Positions 35,401 through 48,524 of a stretch of DNA of 62,786 nucleotides are shown piece after piece. Position numbers and translations under genes: made by a program. The notes beneath the pieces are model-generated. The model was not told the DNA's origin, did not search any database, and worked only from the letters and a program-made list of their open reading frames with translations. The stretch's first letter is position 1. Each line of letters starts with the position of its first letter. Source of the DNA: Gracilinanus agilis (Eukaryota); contig NC_058132.1 of assembly GCF_016433145.1 (NCBI RefSeq), positions 599,365,893 through 599,428,678 of the forward strand, in the 5' to 3' direction.

Positions 35401-36649
35401 ATCTCTCTGAAAATATATAGTAAAATAAAAGTTTGCTATGTGGTCAAAATGCTTGTTATTTTTCTATATGTTAAAGAAATGTAGACTATGTTACGCTGAT
35501 CATTTCTGGAAGTTTAACCAGTTTCACTTATATCTCCTCAACAAGGTAATACATGCTAAATGATAAGATAAAGTTTTCATTTTGCAATATTTCATGTCTG
35601 CACTATCAGAAAGAGCCCAGCATGGCCTCGTACCTGAAGGCTCAGACAAGTCATTCAATATGTCCTTGTGTCATTGTTTCCTGATCTTTAAAGTGAAGAA
35701 GCCAGAGTAGATAGTCTCAGAGAGGTCCTTTCTAGTTTAGCATCTATGCTTCTATGAGGAGCTTCATCTTTTGGGGCTGATTATGTGTCATGAAGGGAAA
35801 ATATAATCCCAGAAAGGATTTTGTGCCTCTGTGTCTTGCCATGGAAACTGAACTTTAGGATGCCTCCATTAAAGGATACAAACAATCTTTAAAGATGGCT
35901 TAAAAGCATGCACCTTATTTAATAAATGGGAATGGGCTATGAAAATGTGTTTGACTGTGGCACACGCAATGTGCCATGATGCAGCTGGTTCTTTGAAGAA
36001 CATTTCACAAAACTAGCAGCGACGATGAAAAGGAAACAGTACAAAACAACGCAGGCATTGTATCTGCAACAGACTTCTGGCATGACATCTGGGGTGCAGA
36101 TTTGCCCTTTTCAGAATGGGATTGATTTTATATTAAAGATTCATTAATGAGATGTTGAGTGACTGGGCAGTGCCTACAAACACATACACACACATATTCA
36201 TGCATATATAAACATACAGATTAGGAATGTTTGAGCTAAATTTACTGCTGCAAAAATAAAAGTGAGGGATGGCTGGGGTAGATGGGCAAACTTTCCATTT
36301 CCACTGCCAGTATGTTTATATAAATGTTTCCATCTTTAAATCTCTACAAGGAACAGAACAACTTCCGTCTTTTTATCTCTTTTCAAAACTAATTTAAATC
36401 TGAGCATTAAAAAGACTGCTTTCTACCATATGTTTGTTTTAGATAGAAAACTAAATCTCTCCTAAACATAAAGTCTTCTGAAATCTGCACTGCTAATATA
36501 GGCTTTGAGTCTGATTCAGTGGTAGTAAGAACTCCAGAAAATGCCTAAGGACTGTTCTGGGTGATTTAAAACACTAGATCTTTGAGAGGCAACTACTGTA
36601 ATTGTTTTTGTTTACACTTGTGGCTAATGAAATTAAGCATTTGATGGAT

Positions 36650-36850
36650 AGGCAGCGTGTTACAATGGAAAGAGTTGGGGGTTTGGTCCTTGGAACATTT
36701 GGATTCTGTATTTCCTACCCAAGTGACCTTGGTCAAATTACTTAACCTTCTTTGGCCTCAGTTTTCTTTTCTATAAATTGAAGAGAAGTTGATTTCAATG
36801 ACTTCCGAGGTTCCTTCTCGCTCTTAAATGGATGATTCCGTGATCCTATA
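36650..36850 (+). mobile_element. MIR3-type SINE
   Basis: ggcagcgtgttacaatggaaagag…gtgaccttggtcaaattacttaacc…cctcagttttc…aatgacttccgaggttccttctcgctct. Confidence 0.8.
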
Positions 36851-37819
36851 TCCCATGAAAGTAACCTCCCCCAAATAAAATCAGGAAGAAATCATCTATC
36901 ATATAATATAAAAGCAATGCTGACTCTGGTTGAGGCTATGAAATATAATTGCCAGTGGGCCATCATAAACCCAGAAAAGGCTGATCTGATCAGAATCTCT
37001 TCTTTTTTTCTAAAGGCATATTTGCTTATGTATGATGAGATATATCTTTGAATGATGAACTTCATTCACATATTAATATAGTCTTACAGTGATTGATGTA
37101 CTCTAGTTATATGTGCTATTTAGTTAAGACTAAATGCTTGGGAAAAAAAACCAATATGTCCCCTAAGATGAGAGAGGACATGTTTGTTAGAAGATGTTAT
37201 ACTGACAAACTATAATTTTAGTCAAAATGCACATGAATATTTGCTTGAAATGAAAGCATTTATCTATTATTATAATTACTCTATAAGTATAGCCTATTAG
37301 CTTTTATTTCTCTGCTGTATGTAAATTCAAAGTCTAAAACTGCTATATTTTGTCTTTTCTTAAAAGGGATATTTGTCTCTATTGAAACTGATTAGGAAAT
37401 GTAGATAACAACCTCAAATATTTTTTGGGAAGATATTAAATAGAATTCAAAAGAGAACCAAAAACTCCAGTGCAAACTGAAGAAATACTAACCAGTTATC
37501 CTGTTGTCCTTTGTACGCTGGAAAATTTAATTGAATTATTTATTAATATTACTGATCTATCTAGGTAACAATTATGAAAATTAAAACTTATAAAATGTTT
37601 GATTACTGAATTATTGTCTTTCATTGAAAAAAAGTTTTCTTGCTACCTCTGCCAAGCATGGACAGTTCTAATATCAGCCTATATGATGTATAACTGTAAC
37701 TGTTTCAAAAGAATAATATTTCATATCACTATATAAGAATAAATCAGGGATGTTCCATACCAGGGCTTCTTTCTAAGGAACTTTGGATGGTTCATTGCCC
37801 CATCAACTAGGGCTTCATC

Positions 37820-38105
37820 TAGCTACCCGGCACAGTGGATAGAACTCTATACCTAATGTCAGGAAGATCTGAGTTCAAACCCAGCTTCAGTCATTATTTT
37901 GCTATGTGATGATTGGACAAGTCACTTAACCTTGTTTGTCTCAGTTTCTTCAAATTTAAAATGGGAATAATAATAATATCACCTACATCCCAAGATTGTA
38001 ATAAAGATTAAATGAGATAGTTTTAAAGTGATTAGCACAGTGTCTGGCACATAGTAAGTTTTATGTAAATGTTAGCTATTATTATTATCATTTTTATTAT
38101 TATTT
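37820..38105 (+). mobile_element. Near full-length MIR SINE
   Basis: ggcacagtggatagaact…gtcaggaagatctgagttcaaacccag…ggacaagtcacttaacc…ctcagtttcttc…agattaaatgagat…ttagcacagtgtctggcacatagtaag…aaatgttagctatt. Confidence 0.9.
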
Positions 38106-38299
38106 TCCCTAACAACTTCTGAAAATGGAACAATCAGGTAATTTAATATATACTTACACTGGGGATATAAATAAAAAAAGAAAGAAAGAAACAATTTCTG
38201 CTCACAGATTTTAATTTGAAAAAAGAGTCTCCCTTTATATTGATAAGAATATAATTAAATGTAGAATTTTAAGTATATATTACATGAATTGAAATTAGT

Positions 38300-38890
38300 A
38301 AGTGTAAACATATATAAAATAATTAAGTACAAGATAGTTTGGAAGTGAAAGGACTAGAATTTGAGGGATTAGAAGAAATTCCATGAAAAAGACAGTATTT
38401 GAATATCTCTTTAAAAGACTTTCTGGGGGGCAGCTAGATAGCTCAGTGGACAGAGAGCCAAGCTTGGAGACAAGAGATCCTAGGCGTAAATCTGGCTGTC
38501 ATTTAGCCCCAACTGCCTGGTCCTTATCGATTTTCTACCTTAGAACCAATACTTAGTTTTGATTCTAAAATGGAAGATAAAGTTTTAAATAAAAAGACTC
38601 TCTGAGGTGAAATTAGGGAGAAAGTACATTTCAGGAAAGTATAATGGACAGGTCAAAGACACAGAGGGGCTGAGAAACAGAAAGACCAATTTAGCTGGTT
38701 TGTAGAACTGAATAGGGATGAGGTTGAAATAACATAATGGAGCAATGTTTAATGAAGATGGAAAGCTAGATGAGGACTAAACTGAGAAATTTAGATTTTA
38801 ATATGGAGGTAAAAGAAAGTCATGGAGTTTACTGAGGAGAAGAGTTACATGGTCAAATATTGGCTTAGGAATATTTTGCTTATAGATAAA
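38300..38890 (-). mobile_element. L2 fragment interrupted by a SINE
   Basis: gaaattccatgaaaaagacagtatttgaatatctctt[SINE]…gagaaagtacatttcagg…aagaccaatttagctgg…gtcatggagtttactgaggagaagagttacatggtcaaat. Confidence 0.7.
38426..38591 (+). mobile_element. SINE1_Mdo-type SINE with an internal deletion
   Basis: gggggcagctagatagctcagtggacagagagcc…agaaccaatacttagttttgattctaaaatggaagataaagtttt. TSD aaaagactttctg (38413-38425) / aaaagactctctg (38592-38604). Confidence 0.88.
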
Positions 38891-39529
38891 AAGGCCCCTG
38901 GGTTCTAGTACCATTCAGGCTAATTAAGAATTGCCTTTAGGAGAGATTTCATTTAATCCCCAAAGGATTTCTACTAGAGCTCACAAAAAGCCAAAACTTT
39001 TTCTTTCCTGCTTGACCTTTCCCAGAGACATACTCCATCTAAGGTGGTGTCCTCCTTCAAGGAGAAAGAATTTGAGATTGCTATGGAATAAAAAGTAATT
39101 TATTACTGACCAAATGCTTATTGCTAAGTTCATTATAAGAATGAAAAGAGGCAGGTCTGGTGTTCCTCTACAAAATAACTTCTTGACACCCATATCATAT
39201 CTCAATTTGGTGATGGCTTCTTCTTTCTTTTATGTTCTCTGATTCAATCTTTTTGTATCTCTTTGTTGGTCTGTATTTCCATCTGGCTTTTCTTTCTTAG
39301 CTGAGACATATGGCTCCCAGGAGAAGCTATATGGAGGTGGGCAGCCAAATTCTGAGCAACTTATCTCTCCTGTTTCTCTCTGATTGTGAGTTCTTTGAGA
39401 AATGGAACTGTTTTTTTTTCTTTTTTTTTTCCTCACTTTGTATCCCAAGCTCTTAGTACAATGGTTGGCATACAGGAAGTACTTAATAAAAGGTTATTTA
39501 CTTTTAGTTTTGTCATATATTCATTATAT

Positions 39530-39960
39530 CTTATTTTATTGCATTTTTACATCATCTTCTCACTCCTTTGTCCAACAAGCTGTCTCTTGTACAAAAAATG
39601 ACTTAAAAAAAAGAGAAGTAGGGGAAAGAGTTCAAACCAAACACATCAATATTTTAATCTAATGCAATATTCTGCAAAATCTCCCATGGGTGTAAGCCTT
39701 AAAAATATAATTACACAGGTTTCAGTTTTATTTTTTAGCCATTGTTTTTGTATTCTTGTGGTCATTGTCTGGATTGCTTTCCTAGTTTTGTGTACTTCAT
39801 TTTGCATCTCTCTCATTGTCATGAATTTTCTCAAGCTTCTCTGAATTCTTCATAGTTGTAGTTTCTTATAGTGTAGGGATTTTCCATTCCATTCATATAC
39901 AGTTGATTTGTTTAACCTTTCCTAGTCAATAGGCATCTACTTCCAGCTTCTTTTAATTAC
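39530..39960 (-). mobile_element. Older L1 3' UTR fragment
   Basis: tctcttgtacaaaaaatgacttaaaaaaaagagaag…cctagttttgtgtacttcattttgcatc…gaattttctcaagcttctctgaattcttcat…atagtgtagggattttccattccattcatatacagttgatttgtttaacc. Confidence 0.7.
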
Positions 39961-40699
39961 ACAAATGTGTGACTTAATCTTGAACTTTACTCATTTCTAG
40001 TAAGCCATCCATCCAATCAATAAACATTTATAAGATGCTACTACGTGCAGATGCTATTCTAAATCCTGGAGATTCAAAGAAAAAGAGAGGATAGTCCTTG
40101 ACCCCAAAGAGCTTACAATCTAAAAACACATTAAAAGGCACTAAAAGGGGAAGTGGGGAGGATACCTTATTTAGGGTCCATCATGAAGTCCTGCAGTCTG
40201 GCAGAAAATGATGAGATACCTACCTGGGGCCCCTTCCTTTAGTGGGAGATCTTGGTGGAACTTCCCAATGATTACCATCCACCTGGAATAAAGGCTTCAT
40301 TATTAGGCAAGAAAAAAATTCACATCTTTTGGGGGAAGTCATTTCCTGCTCCTTGATGATACAACAAAGGAAGAATCTTTGCTAGTCTCCTCCTAGGGTG
40401 TGCCCATGTGAGTTCTTTAGGAAATAACATTGTTATATTAGATTTCTGGTTACAAGAAAACCTGAAAGATGAGATTGCAGGCAGAATACACCCAAGTTAA
40501 GTAATTGATTCTGTGGACATATAACCTTAGATGAAATAATGTTATAGGCAGCAATTAATTCCATGAGAAAAATGTTTTAATTTTCATCTTGGGCATTCAA
40601 CCGAATGACATTAAGTGGATTTTGGTTATCATATTTTAATGATGCTATTTCAAAACAACTTCAGTTGAGCAATATTATGTGAGATATACCTGAAAATGT

Positions 40700-40852
40700 G
40701 TGTGTGTCATGTATAACCTAGATCAAGCTGCTTGCTATCTCAGGGAAAGGGAACAGAGAGAGAGAACTTGGCACTCAAAATTTTGGAAAACATGTTAAAA
40801 ATTGTTATTACATGTAATTGAGAAAATAAAAAATATATTAAAAATAAAAAAG
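40700..40852 (+). mobile_element. L1 3' end
   Basis: catgtataacctagatcaagctgcttgctatctcagggaaaggg…gaacttggcactcaaaattttggaaaacatgttaaaaattgttattacatgtaattgagaaaataaaa. Confidence 0.8.
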
Positions 40853-40892
40853 ACAGAAAGAATTTAATACTTTTTTAAAAAGTGTATGCCTG

Positions 40893-41082
40893 GGGGCAGC
40901 TGGGTAGCTCAGTGGATTGAGAGTCAGGCCTAGAGATAGGAAGTCCTAGGTTCAGATCTGGCCGCAGACAACTTCCCAGCTCTGTGACCCTGGGCAAGTC
41001 ACTTGACCTCCATTGCCCACCCTTACCACTCTTCCACCAAGGAGCCAATACACAGAAATTAAGGGTTTAAAAAAAAAGAAAG
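40893..41082 (+). mobile_element. Young SINE1_Mdo-type SINE, short-tail variant
   Basis: ggggcagctgggtagctcagtggattgagagtcaggcctagag…ggagccaatacacagaaattaagggtttaaaaaaaaa. TSD aaaagtgtatgcctg (40878-40892) / aaaagtatatgcctg (41083-41097). Confidence 0.93.
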
Positions 41083-41869
41083 AAAAGTATATGCCTGCAT
41101 GTGTTAATTTTCTCTCAAAAACAACTGGGTCAAATTTAAGCATTGACCCAAATACTGAACTTTTATCTTTTACAGTCAGCTTAATGCTTTCTGTTGATTA
41201 TTAAATCTGAATTATTAAATTTATAAGCAAATCCCTTTCTGTCATTTACTTGATTTTCTGGGACTCCTAAGGAACAATAATTATTTCAGAGTGATTTTAG
41301 TACATTATATTATACATATATTATAATTTTTTTAAATCTTAGTAGTACGTTTTTGAAGATTGCTGAAGCTAGGGAAAAAAATCATTCTGAGGTCAACCTT
41401 GAACGTACCTAAAGATGGTGCTCAGATGAGTCTGTTGCCATACTCCCACTTGAAATCTTTCCATCTTGCTAGGACCTGCTGGGGCTTGTGTTCCATTGGC
41501 ATGCTCTTGCAGAATTCAGAGTCCTTCCCATGCTACAATGAGACATTTTTATTGAGTGAAGGAACTTTGGTATTCGCTGAAAAATATTTATGCTTATTAA
41601 TAATGCTAACCATAATCTTCAATTAAGGAGGTGCTTAAAATAGCCAGTAATATAGTTACACTTTGACGGTGCTCTAACATAAGCAAGTCAAAAATAGGAA
41701 ATTGTGCCATCTGAATTGCTGATATAGATTTTATTATTGTTTTCATAGATAAATAGAGCCAGAAATCAAGATTCCTGTTGCAAATGAAACCTTGAGGGCC
41801 CAGGTTGTCAACTCTAGTTAGTACTAGAGCTGGTACTCGAACCCTTTCCTGACTCAATCATAGAAACAT

Positions 41870-42060
41870 CGATTCAAAGCTCAGTGGGATCTTAGGGGTC
41901 ATCAAGGCTAACTCCCTCATTTTTCACATGAAGAAACTGAGGCTGTGAAAGGTTAACAATTTACTCAGAGTTCCATGGCTAGTGTCTGAGGCAGGATTTT
42001 AACTCCAGTGTTCCTAACTCAAAGTTCAATTCTATATCCATTGTACCACCTGGCTACCAT
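41870..42060 (-). mobile_element. MIR3/MIR SINE
   Basis: gggatcttaggggtcatcaaggctaactccctcattttcacatgaagaaactgaggc…gtgtctgaggcaggattttaactcc…ctatatccattgtaccacctggc. Confidence 0.8.
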
Positions 42061-44906
42061 TCTACTTTAATTCTCCTCCATCAGAATCTATGGGGAAAAG
42101 AAAGAGCATGTTCACAAACAGTCTTCTCATACTGTTAGGTCCTCGAAATAGCAAATAAGGATTTATTTAACACATTTTAATCAAAAACAATGTTTATCCT
42201 ACTCTTATAAATATAGTGGTCAGGTAGGGATATGGGAAGAACTGGAATTTCTTTCATTTGTTATAGGAAACTCTCAGGTGAAAAGACTCTCTTTTCCAAG
42301 GCAAGTCTGGTTTTACAACTTAGAGTCTTAGAAAGTTTTCTAGAACACTCCCAGGTTAAAGGACTTATACAGAGTCACACAATGAATATGCTACCAAAGA
42401 ACTTAAATGTAGGTTTTCATAGCATTAAAACTCTATCCACTAATCCATGCCACCTCTGGAAAAATCTTATGTATAAAATGAAGGACAAGCAAACCTTGTT
42501 TTCCCTTTATAGAACAACTCTAAAGGACCAAGTCCTTCATTTAAATGTTCTCTCTATTGATAGTTAGGAAATAATAGCAGTAATAATGAATTTATATATT
42601 GCTATACTTAGCAGTCAGTTTATGCTTTAACTCAATTGAGCCTTTTGCTAACCTAAGACAGTGTGAGTACTCAGAAAGAAGAATTCACAAAATTAACTAG
42701 GTTTTATGTCTTTGTAATTTTGACATAAAAAATGATGCCAACCCGCTACTACAATTGCAATGAGAAGTAAATAATGGTCATTGCCACAATGTGGTGCCGA
42801 CATTGGCCTTTCAATAGCATGGGCTCCTGCTTGTGTAACAAATTAATAGTATGACCTCTATATAAAACACATGGGTGGTCTTTCAAGGTTCTTTCAAGTA
42901 GTTTGTATTTCAGTTATCTAGTGTGAAGTCACTGAGGCTTGGACAGCTGGGGCTAGTTCCCCATCTGACACAGATGATCGCAGCTTCTTTTCCAAATGCA
43001 TGAGGCAAACGGTGCCAAAAGGTCAAAGCTGCCCCTTTGAGACTCCAGGCGTGTTCATGGATCAAGGCAACTGAAGTCAAAAACCAAAGTGGCAAAAGGT
43101 TAGGAAGGGTCTCCATAATTGAGAGGTCTTTGTTTCCTCTTGGTTCCTCTCTCCTTTAGGTGTTCTTGAACAAGTGGTCTTGTTCCTTGTTTGTCCAGCT
43201 TGAGCTTCGATTCAAGCAGGTTGCCATTCCTGAAATCCATCTAAAATAATTAATGGAACTCGATCTCCTTCAGCAGAAAAAGAGTACTGGGTGCCATTTA
43301 CATATCTCTCATAGTATGAAAAAAATCATTTGAGGGGGATGGATGTGCCTTTACATAAACCTACTCTTGGAGAGTTTCCCTAAGTGTTAGCAAGAAATCC
43401 CTAAAGACAGTCACATCTCTAGCAGTCTAGCCAGTGATTCCAACTAATCAACTAAAATACAGTAATTGAAGGCATCAAGAGCAGCTGATAATTCCTAGAG
43501 CTTTTGTGGCCAACTTGCCTAAAACAGGCTTGTGGATGGTTTCCATCCCTCAGAGAGGTCTTGGTGATTTGAGTTTAGGACTTTGATGTTGGCAGTAATT
43601 GTTTGCAACTGCTGAACCAGGGCCTGAAGGGGTTACTGATTTCTTCTTCTCTCATTTCACTAAGGGTACAAAGGGGGTGGGAGTAGGCACTTTTGCTTTT
43701 CTCAGCTCACCAAAAGATGTGCCCTAAATACAGGAGGAAGTTGTGAACCCCACAAACATAAGCATTCTGTTTGGGGGAGCAGACCACCCATCGTTCCTTT
43801 GCTTCACAAAACTTATTGATTCCTCCCATATAACAGACCCCCCCATCCCCAAGTCAGTCTGCACTAAAATGAAAATAGCTCCTTACTTTCTAAAACTGTA
43901 TAATAGGATGCACATTAAGATACACTCCTGTGCTTCTTAAAAGGCTGTAAAATAGAAAGGAGAGGAAAACTAATTCCATCAGGGTGAACAGTGTTCTTTT
44001 ATCAAACTTTCATCACATCACATTTTCATAGACCATAAATGCCTCTTCTGAAAAAGACTTTAACTGGGTTTTTTTCAATGACTAGAAAATGCTGGATATT
44101 GTGTTCTCATAAGCAATAACTATTTCACTCCCTTTGGAAACTCAGTTGCTACCTGTAGCAGATTAGAACCACTTAATTTGAAAGCTTTCTTCTTAACATT
44201 CCTTCCTTATCTGACTGTCCTTGTTTCCTCAATTCTTGCTCTCCTTCCACCAGTCCCCATTGTGGATGTAACTCATCATCTTCAGGTTAGCATATGTTTT
44301 GTTTTCTGCCTCCCTAAAATGTTCTGTTTTCTTTTTTCCTTTTAATTCATGACTTTGGAGATGCTGCTTCGAACTCAATGGTTCCCTGAAGCCTTTTCAC
44401 ATATACTTGACCATACTACAATCATTCCATCATGCTTGGAATTTAATTTAGCACATGTCTATATTAGAGAGAGAGGAGGGGAGAGAACGATGTGGAGGGC
44501 AGGGGAGGGAAAGGAAGGGAGAAGGAGAGAAACAGAGAGAAAATTTACTGTTCTAGTTATGTTTCATGTATTTTCATTTATGTTTGTTGCTGCCTTGGCT
44601 GTTCTTTGAATTGACATCTCCTAAGGGAAGAATCCTTCAGTCGCCCAGCTCACACTATACTAACTTTCTAAAGTACATAGTATAACGCCGTTCAATTACA
44701 TTCAACAAACACTGATTAATCACCAGTAGTGTACAAGGAACTGTGATAGGACCACTAATATATGAGCATTCCCTGCTTTCAGAGAACTTCTACTTTGCCC
44801 TCAGTGTTTACTTGGTACAGAAAAGCAGTAACATTTCATATCCTGTTTAAATTGACATTAGACTCCAGTGTAAGAACTTCTACCATGGTATCGTTAGATA
44901 TCATTT

Positions 44907-44957
<51 letters not shown>

Positions 44958-44972
44958 ATGTATGTATATATA
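44907..44972. repeat. Compound (TG)n(TA)n(TATG)n microsatellite
   Basis: Read directly from the sequence. Confidence 0.93.
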
Positions 44973-47059
44973 TGCATAAAAAAGTTAACTTCTGAAAGTA
45001 CATATCTTTGGGATCATTGCAACAATATACTTTGAAATGGGAGCCTTCCTATTTTTAGAGAAAAATTTCAATTATTGATAAAAATTCTAGGCAGTGGAAC
45101 TCTAATATAAACTTCTCCACCCCACCCCGAAGTTGTTTGGTGTTTTAAATAGTATTTTAGAACATATCCCATTTATTCATATATACCATTGTGTGCTTAA
45201 TGAATATATTGGCAATAGTTTTTCATTTTAATGCCTACATGATACAGGCATCAGAAAAATTGTTCAAAATCAGGAAGTAAAGAGAAGTTGCACAAAGTAT
45301 TGGTTTATTTGAAATCTTTTGCTCCTCTTAGAGCACATGTGTTTCCTGATGAAGAAATATTTGAGCATAGTGTTTGGACAGCTAATTCTGCTAAGATTTC
45401 AGTTCATTTCTTTTGTGTGGTTTTTCCATTACACTGCCCTCAAGTATGCCACAGCTGCTGCATTCATCACAAGCAAGGCACCAAACTGGGTCAGGAACTC
45501 CTACAGAGTAAGTGATCTCTTATCGGTACTTTGACATAAATTGTACTCTTATTGATATCAGCATTAGTGTTTTATGGATCTCCAGATTTCAGTGTACTGG
45601 GGCTGCTTAGGTCCACTTGAAAAGTTTCATCTGAAACCCATTAAGACTATAAACAAGGAAAATCAAGTGTTGTTTCCCTAAATAAACCATGTACCATTTT
45701 TACTAATTTTTTTGGTCATTTTTAAAATTTTTATTTAAGTGTTGACAGTGATCATAGGAAAAATAAATACTTGGAGGCAAGGGAGTCATTAACAATAATG
45801 GAAATGGGATTTAATGGAGATAGGATTCTTGCAATCCCAGCAAACATGTCCTTAGCAGGTATACTAGTATCATCTTATCTCATGTACTTGTCCCATAGCT
45901 AGTTTAGCTATCATTTCCCAAGTAACTGAATTAAAGGGTTTTTTGATATTAGAATATCAAAGTAATTTGCCAAGGAACTGAGTTAGCAGTAAGCATAAAG
46001 TACTTCTACTTTCCTTCAGTCTTCTCTACTATCAGCTTTCCAAACCTCCCCATATTCTTCAGAGGCCTTAAGGAACTGTAGAAATGGCTAAAATGCTCTC
46101 GGTCCCAGTAATCCTATATATTTTATTTCATGTACTGAAGAACATTATTTTGAGAAGCCAATTCAAGGAGCCTCTTTCTGTACCCTCAATCTCCTAAGAA
46201 TTCTACTCAATGTTTTACAATTTCAATCACCTCTTCATATTCTATTTTTTCCTTAGATTCTGTGGTAGTGTAAAATCTTGGCAGCCCTTTTACCTGGTTT
46301 TTCAACATTCATATGTGCCCATTCCCTCTGGAAATTGATAGAGGATTACAGAATTTAAGATATGGAAAAGAGCTTAACAATCCTTTTCTCTACCCTCAAA
46401 TCACAAATGGGGCAACTGAGGCACAGGGAAATTGAACGGCTTGGCCAATGTTATTTAGTGACAGAACTACATTTAGAACACAGGTTTTCTTTTTCCCAGT
46501 AGAATCCTCTAACTTCTCAGTTTCAAATAGTACTTCAATAAAGTTGTCAATCCCAAATTAAAAATGAAATCTGATATTTCACACCAACTTTGGAACTTAT
46601 TTAATTAGATTCCCTACTCCCTTATATTCTAATGTCAAATATAGAATTTCTGCAATTCTTTCCCAAGTTATCCTCAGCACTCCATTTCATCATTTTAGTG
46701 TTCACTAAACAAGTAAAGTTGGGATGGCTATTTCCTTTCCTCTCCATAAATATCTTAGGTTCAGCAATTTTATTTTCTGCACTAAAACTCAAATATGCCC
46801 ATTCTTGTCTATCTTACTGTTTGTACTTCTTGCACATCTCTACAAATCTCCAAGCCTCTTCCTACTTAAAAGGAGTTTATAAATCGCCATTACTTTAACC
46901 ATAACTCTTAAAGCCATCAAGTGCCTTCTGTCCTCCTTAGTATCAGATGCATGCCATTTTTTTTTTATCATTTCCTTCAAATTTCTTTACTAGTATCCCT
47001 ATTCTACCTAATTATTCCAACTGTGAAGGAAAAGAGATAAACAATTATTGTATTTGCTC

Positions 47060-47233
47060 CTCATAAGAACCATGTGTGGTAGATATTATTATCTCCATTT
47101 TACAGATGAAGAAATTGAGGCAGACAGTGGTCTAATGATTTGCTCAGGGTCACAAAACTAGTAAGTGTCTGAGGTGGGATTTGAACTTGAGACTTTCTGA
47201 CTTAGTGTTCTATCCACTGCACCACCTAGCTGA
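47060..47233 (-). mobile_element. MIR-type SINE
   Basis: tattattatctccattttacagatgaagaaattgaggcagacag…gctcagggtcacaaaactagtaagtgtctgaggtgggatttgaact…ctatccactgcaccacctagctg. Confidence 0.85.
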
Positions 47234-47282
47234 CTTAGGTAGCTTGTCTTATGCTGCTCCTTGAACTTGAACCTCCTTAATA

Positions 47283-47500
47283 AAACAACAACAACAACAA
47301 AAAAAAAACCTTTTACCTTTGGTCTTAGAATCAGAACTATATATTAGTTCCAAGGCAAAAGAGTGGTGAAGGCTAGGCAATGATAGTTGAATGACTTGCC
47401 TGGGTGCATACAGCTAGGAAGTGTCTAAATCCAAATCTGAACCCAGGACCTCCCAGCTCTAGCCTTGGATCTCAGTTTACTAAGCCACCTAGTAACCCCC
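47283..47500 (-). mobile_element. SINE1_Mdo-type SINE
   Basis: aaccttttacctttggtcttagaatcag…ttagttccaaggcaaaagagtggtgaaggctaggcaatg…tgacttgcc…gaacccaggacctcccagctctagcc…gccacctagtaaccccc. Confidence 0.87.
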
Positions 47501-47884
47501 TTGATCATCCTTTTTTTCCATTTCATTCCCTCTATTAAAGTCATTTGTAATTCTTTGAACTTGAAAAGTAAAGATGTTCACCAAAAATCCATCTTTGCCT
47601 TTAAATTGTAGCCTAGCCTTCTCCAAATAAGCTTCCTTATATTAATAGCAGCTTATCTTCAAACAGACTGTGATCAAAAACATTAAGGACCATTCAAAAC
47701 TGAATGAAAATGTCAGCTCTGTATGAAAGAGATCTATTAGTAATGCAAATGGAAGGTTATACACACTAGTTATTAACATAATACAACCCATTAAAAGGTT
47801 CTCAATGAGATATTCAGTCTCTGAGAAACTAGAGTGAGGCAGAGTGAACTAGAATTGTTTTTCCTTTGGGTGAGGGTATGTTTA

Positions 47885-48110
47885 GGGCAATAGGTATCCA
47901 CCTTGTATAGTGTCAGTCCTGAAGTCAAGAGGACTCAGCTTCTTGAATTTAAAAGTGACCTCACAAAGGATCTGTGTGACCCTGGGCAAGTCACCGTTTG
48001 CCTCAGTTCCTCATAGGGAAAGAAATGACAAACTATTCTAGTATCTTTGCCAAGCAAACTCTAAATGGGGGCCTGAAGAGTCAGACATGACTGAAATGAC
48101 TAATGACAAC
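47885..48110 (+). mobile_element. MAR1-type SINE
   Basis: gtgtgaccctgggcaagtcacc…gcctcagttcctcat…gaaatgacaaactattctagtatctttgccaag…gaagagtcagacatgactgaaatgact. Confidence 0.82.
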
Positions 48111-48524
48111 GGAAAGGTTTCTTTTAAAAAATCAAAACCATCGCCACTAAAGTTTTTAAATGGCCCTAGATATTCTTAATTTCAAGCAAGACCACAGACC
48201 CATTTGGAAGAAGGCTTTCTATGGTACTATAGCACAGAAAATGTAATATGTAATGAAAGAGGGTTTAATGATCGAATGTAAGGAATAATTGCTTGACTTA
48301 GAATCAAGAGATTTTGAGCCCAGTTCTACCATATTGGTTTTGGGATGCGTAGATATCACCAAGCCCAATTTCCTCTTCCTTAAGAGAAGATAATACCAGA
48401 CCTATCAGCCTCAAAGAGTTGTGACAATTTAAGATGTTTTGGAATTGGTTTTGGAGTTGAATTGGGCCACATAGACCAAAATCTACAGCAGATTTTGCTT
48501 ATTCTCAATTACAACATTTCATCT

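Noticed and set aside
43128-43165. Strong acceptor-like ctctctcctttAG|GTGTTC
   Set aside because: Weak donor hexamer after the AG and no good downstream 5' splice site to define an exon.
45332-45507. Possible 176-nt cryptic exon (ctcctcttag|…aga|gtaagt)
   Set aside because: It is frame-shifting, has no homology to PAR-3 proteins and has a non-consensus -1 donor base. Such pairs are expected by chance in a long intron.
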